Numbered from the stretch's first letter, positions 50,147-62,874 are shown. The stretch is DNA of 64,000 bases from Chiloscyllium plagiosum (GCF_004010195.1 NC_057749.1:23604999-23668998), one strand, 5' to 3'. Translations and numbers: made by a program. The notes: a model not told the origin generated them from the letters alone.

Positions 50147-50789
50147 CTTAGCAATGCAAGCAAGCAAGACATACAGAAAGAGGATAAAGTGATGTTAGTC
50201 AGAGCTAGAGACATGCAGCACTAGAAAATAACCACTGTGTTGGTTAGTAGTATCTTGTGTGAAGAAGAAATAAGAAAAGTGAAGGAACAATTTGAAAAGC
50301 TGAACAATGTGGTACAAACTCTACAATAAAACAAGCAACATTCATTTTCAAGTTCAAATGGATTCCCCCACAATGAATGCAAAAATAGTGTCAATTTTCA
50401 CAACAGCTTTCATCACATGCAGCTCAAGGGGTGCAGGGAGACATAACAATACACTGGATTTAAAAACTCAAACACAGACTTAACAGGTTCTATTACATAA
50501 TCTGCAAGTAATCTTAACCAAATTCTCAGTTTTGCTTTAAATTTAAAATCATTCGGCCCATTAAATACTGTATAGAGAAATTGTCAGCTGAATTAATTTT
50601 TTATCACAGGCTTAATTAATAGGTTACTTGTGCATTAAAAGAGCAAGTGACAACATAAGCAATAAACTGAGCAAAAACAGGAAACAGTAGTGGTGAGGAT
50701 TTTTATTGAACTGGTGGAAGATCAGAGGACACCCGCTCCTTGGTAAGTAGTAATGATTTATATTTGGGTATATAGGGCACAATTTCAAA

Positions 50790-51630
50790 AATTGTAGAGG
50801 ACTCAAAGCTTATAAGTATTGTAAACAGTAAGGATAACAATGAACCTCAAAAGATGATGGTGGAATGGGTGGACAAGTGGTAGATCAAAGTTAATACTGA
50901 GCAGTCTAAAGTGATTCACTGTACTAAGACAACCAAGCAATTCAATATAAACTAAAGGGTGTAATTCTCAACCAGATACTGGGAGCTATATCTGCATAAA
51001 TCAGTGAAGATGAAAAAACAGTTTGAGAAATCAGTTCTTAAAGTACATGGAATGCACAGAGAAGTAAGGATATGATGAAAAACCCAGGTAAAACTCAAGT
51101 TCAGCCTCAAGTGGAGTAGTATGCAGAGTTCTGGACAGCACACGTTTGGAAGGATGTAGAAGAATGAGAAAGGGTGCAGAAGAGATGCATGAGAAAGAAA
51201 CTCATCTCTGGAACCAGTTACATCAATAGAGTGGAAAGGCTGAGACGCTCCCTCCAGAGAAAAGAACAGGTGAAGACTTGATAGAGGTGGTCAAAGACAT
51301 GAGGGTCTGAACAGAACACAAACCTTTCCCATTTGTGGGGGGATGGAGAAACACAGGATTACACTAAGATGATCGGCAGAAGAAGCAACTGTAACATCTG
51401 GAAGTTTCTAAAACACAGCATGTGGTCTCAATCCACAATACACTGCCTCAGCACATGGTGCGGGCAGGTTTAATTGCAGCTGTAAAAAGGAAACTGGATA
51501 ATTGGTGAAGTAAAATTGCAAGGTTGTTGGGAAAAGCTAACAGGGCAAACTAGGGGAATTGCTCTTGCAGAAAACCTGCTCAGATATGACAGTCCAAGAG
51601 CTCTCCAGCTGTCTTGTAACTATTCTATGA
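50790..51630 (+). mobile_element. Old CR1 3' fragment
   Basis: Degraded RT C-terminus and UTR, similar to other CR1 relics. Confidence 0.6.
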
Positions 51631-52582
51631 AACTATACAAAGTGACTGTTACTTAAAGATTCATCCAGCTGCATTTCTTCAAATTATTTCCCTTATGGCA
51701 CTCTCTCAATCCGGTCACGCCAGTTCTATCGAGGCTGTTATTTCTGTGTCTCCACTGTCTCAACCATTGGTAGGGCTGTAATTCAAGGGTTTTATATATT
51801 GAATAGCAGGCAATTCATTCTCCCATTTTTGAAGCTGACCAGTCACACTTCAATAACTAACTTCATGTGACAGCAGCAACCTTAAGGTTGAAGTAATACA
51901 AAGTACTTTTCAAAACCTTTCAATTTCCATGTACGCTTACTCAGTAAGACTAGCAAAAGCATATGGTTTATTTAGTTTCACTGTTATAAAAACATTGCTT
52001 CATTATTTACTGCAAGTTAAGACTAAAAAAAAATCATTTTGCCGTCTAGTCACTAAAACTTGCCATCTAGTTGCACAACAAAAAAAGATAAAGCCACCAG
52101 TCTTGCTGGACCACAAGCTGCTCTCTCAATAGAGCGCAACAACTTGTGGTGGTTTAACCAGAGGGTCAGCATGCCTTAGGTAAGGGAGAGGTTGAGGAAC
52201 AGCAAACCTCAGCCAATGTGGGAACTGAACCCACGTTGTTAGCGTCATGCTGCATCACAAATGAGGTATCCTACCAACTGGACAAAGTACAGTATGGACA
52301 AGAAACACATCAGATCGGGTTCAGAAAAGTGAAATCTATTTAAATGGGTTTTATTTTTGTACAATGAAGCAGGAATCACAATAAAGCTTCTACCATTTAA
52401 ATTGTCTGCTCAGTTCATATTTCAGTAATTTAATGTATTTCTTGCCCAAATTGTACTTCACCCAGTTGGCAGGGCAGCTCACTTGTGATGAGAATAGCGT
52501 TGTTCAAAGCTGACAAGATCCACAATCCTGACAGAATTTTTGCTGGCGGGTAAAACTAACTCTAGCCCAACATTTTTTTTTA

Positions 52583-52682
52583 AAACAAAAAGCAGAACAT
52601 GCTGGAGAAACTCAGGTCTGGCAGTATCTGTGGAGACAAAACGGAGTTAACATTGAATCCTCTGACCCTTTCTTCAGAACTA
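52583..52682 (-). mobile_element. Old PLE-type pseudo-LTR fragment (possible family D)
   Basis: atgctggagaaactcaggtctggcagtatctgtggaga...cccttcttcagaact-like; minus strand has a ctgaaga core; related copy at ~30670-30745. Confidence 0.55.
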
Positions 52683-53121
52683 GGAGATAAAAGAGAGCAA
52701 TTTTTAAATTTAAATTTGAAGCAAAATATTTTCGACCAAAAGTTGTTTTTTAAAAAGTGCCATCTAATAAACACATTCATGTATAACACTTTCAAATTCA
52801 TTTGAAAACTTGCCTCAAAAATAACTTATTTGAATTAAAATGTTGCTCTTTTTGCAATGTGAATTTTGAGATACTTTTAATACAGAAGCAAAAAAGTCAT
52901 TTTCTCTCTTTAGATTAATAAATTTAACAACTGTGCAATAAGGCTCACTGTCAGATGTGCAATGTTCTCCTGGGCAGTTTACCATCACAACAAAATAAAA
53001 ATGTTCTGTTGCCCATATTCTGGCTTACATTAAGTTATACTCATTCATCATCCACATGCTGAAGTTCCGATACTTCTGTTCCAGCACTATCGCACACTTA
53101 AGAATTCTCACACTTTGCTCA

Positions 53122-53296
53122 AATCCCTCCCACAATCCAAAGATGAATAGGTTCAGTGGATTTGATATGGGATATGCAGGATTAAAAGGGATAAGGTAGG
53201 AAGGTAGGTCTGGATGGGATTCTCTTTAGAGGGTCAGTCTGGACTCGATGGCCAAATGGCCTGCTTCCAGACTGTAGGGTATCTATGCTTCTATGA
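53122..53296 (+). mobile_element. HE1 SINE 3' half
   Basis: cctcccacaatccaaagatg...ggcctgcttccagactgtaggg tail. Confidence 0.75.
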
Positions 53297-53994
53297 GATC
53301 GCCTTATTTCTCTCTTCCTTTGAAGGTTCTACTTGACACCAATCTCGCTATTCATATTCTTGGCGGTTGTGTCAGATTTTACCCAATTACGTTCCTGTTT
53401 AACTTAGTAAAATGCACAAAGGAGTTTAAGACAGCATAAAAATACAAGCTCTTGTATAGAGGAATGTATACAAAAATGCACAAGAATTGTGCATCTGTGT
53501 AAAACAGTTCACATTTAATGTCTGTAAACATTCACAAGGAATGGAATTAAGCCATGAAAGTACTCCACCATTCATTTAAAAACCAGCAAGATGAACTCAA
53601 CTCTTCCCAAACAGGATATCATCCAACTCGACTGCAATGATCTATCCCAGCTTTGAAGACACACAACTGTCAAAATCATTTCCTTTTCATAAAGCCATAT
53701 TGATTCTGCCTTACCATTATGTGATGTAAACACCCTTGGTGTCCCTTCCTTAATAATCAATTCCAGCATCTCCCCAACTGGCATCAGGACATTTTTCACA
53801 TTAAGGTCACATTTGACGGAGTGTGGCATAAAGAAGCCATGGGGGAAACCAGCAATGGGAGATCAGGGGAAATTCTCTGCATGGATGGAGTCATACCTGA
53901 CATAGGGAAGCTAGCTGGAGTTGTTGAAGGTCAGGTATCTCAACTCTTGGACATCTGTGCAGGCATTTGTTAGGGCCCTACGATCTCAAGCTGT

Positions 53995-54600
53995 TGTACT
54001 TCCACACACATTATCTACTGTGTCCGTTGCTCTTAATGTGGTCTCCTTTACATTGGGGAGACAGGACACCAACTTGCGGAACACTTCAAGGAATATCTTT
54101 GGGAGACACACACAAACCAAATCCACCCCACCGTCCTGAGGCTGAACTCAACTTCCCCCTCCCACTCCACCAAGGACATGCAAGTCCTTGGCCGTCTCCA
54201 CCACCAAACTCAAGCCACCCAATGCCTGGAGGAAGAACACCTCATCTTCCACCTCTCCAATCACACGGGATCAATGGTGATTTCACCAGTTTCCTCATTT
54301 CCCCTGTCCCGACTTTATCCTCGATCCAACCCTCTAACTCAGTACCACCCTCTTGAACTGTCCATCTCCATTCCCAACTGTCTGTTTCACCATCCTATCA
54401 CCATCACCATTCCCAGCTACCTTCCCCCAGCTCCAACCCCTCCCATTTACCTCTCCATCCGTTTGGGCCCTAACTCCCCATTCCAGATGAAGGGCTTATG
54501 CTCAAAACCTGCTCCTCGGATGCTGCCTGACCAGCTGTGCTTTTCCAGCACCATATTTTTTGACTCTGTTCTCCAGCAACTGCAGTCCTCACTTTCTCCC
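53995..54600 (+). mobile_element. Penelope-like element 3' part: GIY-YIG endonuclease relic plus family A pseudo-LTR
   Basis: THIIYCVRCS*CGLLYIGETGHQLAEHFKEYL, then MQVLGRLHHQTQATQCLEEEHLIFHL, followed by ccagatgaagggcttatgctcaaaac...ctgcagtcctcactttctcc. Confidence 0.88.
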
Positions 54601-55275
54601 GTCAGGAATTGCAGCAGGACCTTGAGCAGCTGGGGAAGTAGGCTTGGAAGTGGCAAATATAGATAAGTGTGAGGTCTTGCACTTTGGGAAAGTCAAATCA
54701 GGGTTGGATTTTCATGGTGAGTGGTCGGGCCTTAAAGGAGTGCAGTGGAACATAGGGACCTTGGAGTTCAGGTGCACAGGTCTCTGAAAGTGGAGTCACA
54801 GGTAGACAGGGCTGTGAAGGTGGCTTTTGGCACACTGGACTTCATCAGTCAGGGCATTCAGTAGAGAAGTCGGGAAGTTGTATGGCATTTGTACAGGATG
54901 TTGGTGAGGCTGCAGTTGGAGTATTGTGTTCAGTTTTGGTCACCTTGTGATAGGAAGGATTTTATCAAACTGGAAAGAAAAAGTGTACAAGAAACTTACA
55001 AGAATGTTGCTTGGACTCAATGGTCCGAGTTACAGGAAGAGGTTGGATAAGCTGGAACTTTCTTTACAGCTCAAGAGGCTGGTGTGTGCGCATGCGTGGA
55101 GGGGGGGGGTGGGTGGGTGGAACCTTATAAAAGTGCAGAAGATCATGAGAGGCGTGGATAGCGCGACAGCACTTCATCTTTTTCCCCAGGGTTGGGAATC
55201 AAGGACTAGACGGCATCAGTTTAAGGTTAAAAGAGGAAAAAATAAAAGGGAACCAGAGGGCAACTTTTTTTTTTT
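54601..55275 (+). mobile_element. CR1 LINE RT C-terminal fragment
   Basis: KLTRMLLGLNGPSYRKRLDKLEL motif. Confidence 0.8.
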
Positions 55276-56729
55276 AAAAACAGGCATTAGAATTCACAGG
55301 GTCAATAAGATTTGAGGTGAGCATGTGACTTAAAGATTGATGTGGATGAAACAGGTTCAAGTTCATGGGGCACTAATACCACATGAATTATGCTGAGACC
55401 AGAGTCCTGGTGAATTGCATAACTAGGACTGTGTCTAGGGATATTCAGTAATGAGTGCAGGAGTGCATTCAGTTGTAGGAAAAAGTGAAAGGTTGTGGGG
55501 AGAAGGAGATTCAGTATTAAAGTTCCCAGGACAAGTAACAGGACGGAATATGGAAAGGATCAGGAAGCTAACTTCAGGCAAAGCAGATAAGGGGACAACT
55601 ATGGGACGGGGACTTGCAGTCATTGCAGGTGTGAAGGTGTTGTACTTAAATGTGCGCACTTTTCAAAGTAAGATAAATGAGCTTGTAGCACAGCTACAAT
55701 TACAATGGAAATTGCTAGGTCCGATGTTGTTGATATCACAGAGACATGGCTACAAGGGGATCTGGGCTGGGAATGAAATATCTAAGAATAAGTGTCCTAG
55801 TTAAAGGACTGGCAGATGGGCAAAGGTAACAGGATTATCTTGTTAGTAATAAAAAATAAAAAATTAAAATCGATAAAGTAGCACTGAAGAGTCAAAATAC
55901 ATGGAATCTGCGTCAGTAGAGTTGAGGAATCCAAAGAAAAAAAACAAAGACCCTAATAGGTCTTGTTTACAGGTCTCCCAGCAGTAGTCAGGATATGGGA
56001 GGGTGGCGGAGAAAAATACTGAAGAGATAGTCAAGGCATGTAAGAAAAACACTATTACAATAATCATGAAGGACTTTATTATACAGGTGGATTGGGAAAA
56101 TCAGATTTTTGGCTGATCTCAAGAAAGTGAATTTGTAGAATGTCTACAAAAAGGATTTTTGGAGCAATTTGTGGTCGAGCTGACTAGTGATTAGGCATTT
56201 CTGGATTTGGTGTGTAATGAGGCAGACAAGGAAGCCCTAGTGGACAGTGACCATCATATAATAAAATTCACCCTGCAATTTGAAGGGTATGAGCTGGAAT
56301 TAGATGTAGCAATATTACAATTCAGTAAAGGTAATTGGAGAAGTGAGGATGAACTGGCCAGAGCAGATTGGGAAAGGAGCCGAGCAGGCAAGGTGGCACT
56401 GCAGCAATGGCAAGAGTTTCTGGGAATAATTCAGGAGGCATAGCAGAAATTCATTCCAACAGAGAAGCAGCATATTAAGGGGAGCACAGGCTACCACAGC
56501 TGACAAGGGAGGTTGGGACAGTATAAAAGGAAAAACAAAATGTTATGAATATTAATGGGAAGCGAGATGATTATGAAGCCTTTAAAAATGAGCAGAGTAT
56601 AACTAAAAAAGCAATACGGGAGGAGAAGATCAAAGGAGAGGAAGCGAGTCACTAATATAAAAAAAAGCTAACCAAAAAGGTGAGGGGGAGACAACAGTGG
56701 ACATTGTAACACTGGATAATGAGGCTGGA

Positions 56730-57077
56730 GAATTAGAATCGAATTAGAATCCCTACAGCGTGGACTGGCCCTTCAGCCCAACAAGTCCACATTGACCCTC
56801 CGAAGACCACCCAGACCCATTACCCTACCCAATATTTTACATTTCCCCTGGCTAATGTACCTAACCTACACATCCCTAAACACGATGGGCAATTTAGCTT
56901 GGCCAATTCACCTGACCTGCACACCTTTGGACTGTGGGAGGAAACCGGAGCACCCGGGGCAAACCCACGCAGACATGGGAAGAAAGTGCAAACTCCACAC
57001 AGCCTGAGGCTTGATTCGAACCCAGGTCCCTGGCACCGAGAGGCAGCAGTGCTAATCACTGAGCCACCGTGCCGACC
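56730..57077 (-). mobile_element. HE1-type V-SINE
   Basis: Reverse complement of the HE1 head, V-domain and tail. Confidence 0.88.
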
Positions 57078-57992
57078 AGTAATAGTAGTACAGAGGTACA
57101 AAGAAATGACAGACGAACTGAATAGTACTTTGCATCGGTCTTCACAGTGAAACACATCAGCAGCATCTCAGAACTTCGAGAGTCAGGGAAAGAGGTAAGT
57201 GTAGTGGCCATCACTCAGGAGGTGCTGGTGGAAAAGGTAAAAGGTCAGAAAGTGGATAAATCACCCAGACTAGATGGACTACACTCAGAGTTCTGAAGGA
57301 AATAGCTGAAGACATTGAGGCATTGGTGGTGATCTTTCAGTAATCACTAGAGTCAGGAAGGCTTCCAGAGGATTGGAAAGTAGCGAATGTAACACCTGTT
57401 TAAAAAGGGAGGTAGTAAAGGTAGAAGGCAGGAAATTACTGGCCAGTTAGTCTGACCTCTAAAATCTTTGCAATGACAGAGTCTTTTACTAAGGATAAGA
57501 TTGCAAGTATCTGGAAGTGCATGGTAAAATAGGGCTAAGTCAGAACTGCTTCGACAAGAGACCAGGCTGTTAGAATTCATTGAGGAGGAAATGAGCCAGT
57601 TACACAAATGACAGCAAGAGGACATAAGCTATTTGCATTTCCAGAATGCTTCTGGCAAGATGCCACACAGCAGGCTGCTAAATAAGATGGTGTTAGGGGC
57701 AAGTAACTGGCATGGATAGGGGATTGACTGGCAGATGGCAAAGAATGGGGAAACAGGGGTCTTCTTCAGGATGACAGCCGGTGACTAGTGGAGTCCTGCA
57801 GGAGTCCCTTTTGGGATCACACCTATTCACATTATACATTAACAATCTGGACAAAGAAACTGAAGGCATTATTGCTAAGTTTGCAGATGACACAAAGATA
57901 GGTGGAAATACTAACAAAAAGACTTAGGAGCCCTAGTTCAGTATTCTCTTCAGATTAACATGCAGGCAGTTAGGAAGGCAAATGCAATGTCA

Positions 57993-58293
57993 TGATTTGG
58001 AGGTGTTGGTGTTGGACTGGGGTGTACAAAGTTAAAAATCACACAACACCAGATTATCGTCCAACAGGTTTAATTGGAAGCACTTGCTTACAGAGCGCCA
58101 CTCCATCAGATGGTTGTGGAGTACACAATTGTAAGGCACAGAATTTCTAGCAAAAGTTTAGTGCGATGTAACTGAAATTATACATTGTCATGATCCATAA
58201 TCTTTTTGGGATCTTTCCTGCTTGCCTGCATTTCTGTAGAAACTTGATGTCGGTGTTGATATGTGCGTTCTTCTTGGAAATCCTCTCCAACGG
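57993..58293 (-). mobile_element. PLE family B insertion with ORF N-terminal fragment and 13 bp TSD
   Basis: TSD aaatgcaatgtca at 57980-57992 and 58294-58306; encodes LERISKKNAHINTDIKFLQKCRQAGKIPKRL, resembling the FLxxCxxxxxIPKGL N-terminal motif of PLE ORFs. Confidence 0.85.
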
Positions 58294-60507
58294 AAATGCA
58301 ATGTCAGCATTCAGTTCAAGAGGGCTAGAATACAAGAGTAGGGATGTACTGCTGAGGCTGTATAAGGGTCTAGTCTGACTACATTTCGAATATTGAGTGT
58401 AGTTTCAGACCTCGTATATAAGGATGAATGCGCTGATGTTGTACAGAGTCCAGGGGAGTGATTGCAGGGATGTAGAACTAGTCATGAGTCGTTGTTTAAA
58501 AAAAAATTAAACAATAAATATGCAGACCTACAATTGTTAAAGAGCAGAGGGAAAAAATGCCTTGAAGTATTTATCCTAAATATTGTACTGCGTAGTTGTT
58601 GTTAGTTTGCATTGAAGAATGAATGATGTGCTGAAGAATACTGACTTTCTGCTGATATTAGTTGGAAATACATCAATACAGTCATACACTGAACAATAAT
58701 CTTCACAAGTTAAGCTTATTTTCATCAAGGTTGAATGCCATCTGGGACAAACGAACGTAATAAACTTAAGATGCAGGTAATAAAAATTGAAGAATAGGAG
58801 GTAAAGAATACATTTTCAAAAATTGGAATTTAAAAGCATGAATCAGAAAAGGAGATGATATTTATTTTTCATTTCACTGGCTTTGAAGTACCCTCCAAGT
58901 ATACGCAAGTTATTTCTCTTTTCTTGTTTGAGCTCTGAGGGTTCTGGGTTCATTTTTGCCAGTTAATCATGTCAAAGTAATCGTAGAGCTTAAACGCTAG
59001 GCAACACAAAACAAATAAAAAACCAATTTAGCAGACCAAGAGGTAGGTGAGAAGTTGGGGGTGGGAGGGAAGTGTTTGCAAAACTTTTACAGTGTGTGAG
59101 ACAGCAATGTCATTGAAAACTCTGCTACATTTAACAAAAGCAAGCACAAGCAAAGCTAGGACTTGGAGCCAATGCTTGGAATGGGAGGTCAGACAACTGC
59201 AACACAAACATGGTGGGATCTCTAGAGGAACAGGGAGCCAATGGATTTTAGCAAAGACATGGATGAGCAGAAAATTAGATCGGTTTAAAAACTGGATAAA
59301 ACTGTCATCAGTTTTATAAAACAAACTGAAGCCCGTATGAAGTGAAATATAGAAGGCAGCAAGGACAGTTTTGGGGAAGTCAATCATGAAAATCAATAAC
59401 ATGACAGTGGGAAGATGGAAATCAGAGTGCAATATGGTTTGTGGAAGTACATGAAAGAGATGTAAGAATGACACATTTAATAAAAGGAAAACAACATATA
59501 CTCATTGCTGTACTATTAACAAAGTGAAATCTGCTGGTCCTTAATAAGCAGAGTTCATTGTGACTCCCATGATCTTTGAAATTACAAGTCAAACATTGTC
59601 ACTAAACTCTTCTATATTCAAGTCAAGTCAAATTCAGGTCATCAAGAATTTTACTTCTTCAAACTTGGCAATTAACAGGCAGTCAATGACCATGAAGCAC
59701 TGAAGATACTGGAGTGCCAGACTCACGAAATGCAATCCCATCTTTACACTGTGAAATTGAAACTAATTGCAACATCCCTTTCACTCTCCTGCTTTAAATG
59801 TCTGTAGACAGCGAAGTATCCCGCCAACTGATATTCGGGCAAAGATGCCTTTTCTCTCAGTTCATGAAGATCAATTTCACTCATAGCTTGAAATTTACAA
59901 CTAATCCATCCCATCAGACGTGAACATTATGTATCCATCTAGAACTCTCTGGATTTGCTGATTTAAAGCAGTGCCCACAAAAATGCATGCCACTGCAGTG
60001 ACCAAACTAACCATGCTCCAGATCCCACACTGAACAAAAGAGGTAAAGAATAAAAAGTTCTTCCACCACTTAAATTCTTAAATACAAACATTTACATTTC
60101 ATATTTGGCAACTTAACACATTTCACTTCATAGAATATTGCATTCTTTTCAGTTGAAATTGGATTATTTCAAAAATAAATGAGAAAAGCTTCCATGACAA
60201 AACATGTTTATATACTTTTCGTCTCCCTTCTCAGAAGATATAACAGTTACTTCAAGTACAGCAAACATTGTTTTATCCGCAACTCTCGATAAACCAACAC
60301 AATGTATATCAGAAATACTGGAAATTTACTGTATTACTGTGATCTACCGTGAAGTTTGAGTAGTCACTTGAGGGTGCCAGTGAGAAGGCTGTCAAAGTTT
60401 TAAGGCAGAGGCTGCAACACTATTTCAGCAATTTATGCTTCAAATGAAGTGTAACAATGCTGTGTTATACCCTTGCAATTACTTAGTGTATTTTTACATT
60501 GATCATA

Positions 60508-60702
60508 TGCACCTAACACCATGGGCAATTTAGCATGGCCAATCCACCTGACCTGCACGTCTTTGGACCATGGGAGGAAAGCGGAGCACCCAGAGGAAAC
60601 CCACACAGACACAGGGAGAATATGCAAACTCCACACAGACACAATCACCCAAAGTTGGAAGCGAACCCGGGTCCCTGGTGCTGTGAGCCACCATGCCGCC
60701 CC
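60508..60702 (-). mobile_element. HE1-type V-SINE, 5' part
   Basis: Reverse-complement V-domain and tRNA head. Confidence 0.82.
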
Positions 60703-61412
60703 AGTTTCCTGTCTGGTCTTCCTCCCTTTTTAAACAGACCACATTAGCCATTTTCCAATCCTCTGGGATCCTCCGACTCCAGTGATCCCTAAAAGATTAC
60801 CTCCAATGTCACCACAATCTCTTCAGCTATCTTCTCCAGAAACCTGGGATAGAGGCCATTTGATCCAGATCTCTTATCCACTTTCAGACCTTTAAGCTTT
60901 CCCATCACCTTCTACACTCAGCTCTACCCACAACTCTCGAAGTTGTGGTCTGCTACTGGTGTCTTCTACTGTGAAGACTGATACAAAGTACTATTCAGTT
61001 CTTCTACCATTTCTTAGCTACTCATTCCTACTTCTCCAGCTTCATTGTTCAGCAGGTCAACATCCACTCTTGCCCTCTTCACTTTTTAGCTATCTAAAAC
61101 CTCTTGCAATCTTCTTTTATATTATAAGTAGCTTATCCCCATATTTCATGGTCTCATTTTTTTTAAAAATTATCCTCAGCTAGCTTTTAAAGGCTTCCTG
61201 ATCCTCAGGTGTCCCACTCATCTTCCCCATATTTAAGCTTTCTCTTTGACTTTTTGCTGTCCCTGACTTCCTTTGTCAGCCATTATTGCCTCATCCTCCC
61301 CCTTGGTATGCTTCTTTTTCCTTGGAATGAATTTCTGCTGTGCTTCCCAAATTACCCCCACAAACTCCTGACATTGTTGCTCCACCATCTTCCCTACTAG
61401 GCTCCCCTTCCA

Positions 61413-61618
61413 GGAGAAAGTGAGGTCTGCAGACGCTGGAGATCAAAGCTGAAACTTTATTGCTGGAACAGCACAGCAGGTCAGGCAGCATCTAGGGAAC
61501 AGAAGATTCGACGTTTCGGGCACATGCCTGATTCCTGAAGAAGGGCATGTGCCCGAAACGTCGAATCTTCTGTTCCCTAGATGCTGCCTGACCTGCTGTG
61601 CTGTTCCAGCAATAAAGT
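61413..61618. mobile_element. Young PLE family A fold-back element: perfect 76 bp inverted repeat, 10 bp TSD
   Basis: Arms 61453-61528 and 61544-61619 are exact reverse complements; TSD tccccttcca at 61403-61412 and 61619-61628. Confidence 0.92.
61530..61567 (+). ncRNA. Minimal type I hammerhead ribozyme motif, intact core
   Basis: GAUUC-CUGAAGA-a-GGGC-augu-GCCC-GAA-ACGU-C-GAAUC; perfect 5 bp stem I. Confidence 0.75.
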
Positions 61619-62379
61619 TCCCCTTCCAACCAACTCTGGCCAGCTCCTCGCTCATGTCTTTGTAGTTACCTTGAATGAATTATAATACCATTACATCAGA
61701 TTCCAACTTCTCCCTCTAAACCATCAGGGTGAATTCTACTATACCATGGTCAATCCCCCCCCCAGGGGCTCCAGAGCCTGAAGCTCTCCAATCAAGTCTA
61801 CCTTATTACACATCACCAAATCCAGAACTGCCTGTGCCTAATTGGCTCTACCATAAGCTGCTCTAAAAACCCAACTAGTAGACATTGCACAAGTTTGTTT
61901 TCTAGTGATCTGCTACCAACTTGATTTTCCCAGTTACTATCACTTTAAAAATATTATTTTGCTGTGGGTTTTTTTTTGAAGAGAGGTGTCAAACTGGCTA
62001 CTGGAGATGTCCTAAGTAAACTACTTTGCAGGCCTTTAGGATTTTTTAACATGTTGGAACAATGGAAGCAGCTTGAATGGGAGTGGTCAGTTCTCACAGA
62101 GCAGGCTTTCTAGTTCTTTGTTAGCTTTAGCAGACAGCAGATGTTTGAGGCCCCAGAAGAGGTGGAAGCTTCAGTGAATGGCTCCTAACCGCTACTTTGT
62201 CTGAAATCACTCAATGTTGTTTCCCCCTGGATTGGAGAACTGCAGGTAAGGATTGGGGTCTAAAAACTTACCTTTTGGCCAACGGGTGTGTTTATGGGAT
62301 GTTACTGCTAGGTGGCCTGTACACAACTCTCACTAGGGTCTGGTTTCCTTTACAGTTCCTCAACAATACCCACACAGAT

Positions 62380-62600
62380 TCCACTCGGGACCCTTCAACT
62401 CCAGGGCAATGTGGACTTCACCAGTTTCCTCATTTCCCCTCCCCCCACCTTACCCCAGTTCCAACCTTCTAGCTCAGCACTGTCCCCATGACCTGTCCTA
62501 CCTGCCTATCTCCCTTCCCACCTACCCAAAACGTTGATTTTCCTGCCCCTCGGATGCTGCCCGACCTGCTGTGCTTTTCCAGCACCACTCTGATCTAAAT
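62380..62600 (+). mobile_element. PLE family A 3' fragment
   Basis: caatgtggacttcaccagtttcctcatttcccc...cggatgctgcccgacctgctgtgcttttccagc, homologous to 54270-54560. Confidence 0.75.
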
Positions 62601-62874
62601 CCCACAGATTCTATGCCTTTCAATTCTTGTCACTTCTTGATATAGATTTAATTTCTTACTAACAAGGCAACCCATGCTCCCGCCCATCATTTCAACAGGA
62701 ATATTGGATATTTAATTCACAGCCCTGATCCCCTTGCAGCCATGTCTGAGATTCGTACAACACTACCTTCCAACTTCAATCTGTGCTACAAGCTCATTTA
62801 CCTTCTTTCATATTTAAATACGACACCATCAGACCTGTGTTGACTGCCCCCCTTCTCATAGTTGTCCACGTCTT

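Larger units (their letters stand above)
55630..58470 (+). mobile_element. Degraded CR1 ORF2 with nested HE1 SINE and PLE
   Basis: VLYLNVRTFQSKINELVAQ (EN start), DSDHHIIKF, aagtttgcagatgacacaaag (KFADDTK). Confidence 0.85.
60703..61940 (-). mobile_element. CR1 ORF2 fragment
   Basis: Homologous in reverse orientation to 56080-57450 (EELARVGWK, ANVVCLK). Confidence 0.75.

Noticed and set aside
53440..53500. Two small hairpins (atacaag/cttgtat, atgcacaa/ttgtgcat)
   Set aside because: Short AT-rich inverted repeats expected by chance.
58880..58960. ELKQEKRNNLRILG on the minus strand, resembling L1 ORF1 or a missing VPS13C exon
   Set aside because: Too short, no flanking homology or splice context.
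59760..59900. LPEYQLAGYFAVYRH segment as VPS13C exon 6 or an endonuclease fragment
   Set aside because: Does not match VPS13C exon 6 and lacks splice sites; LINE similarity is too weak to call.
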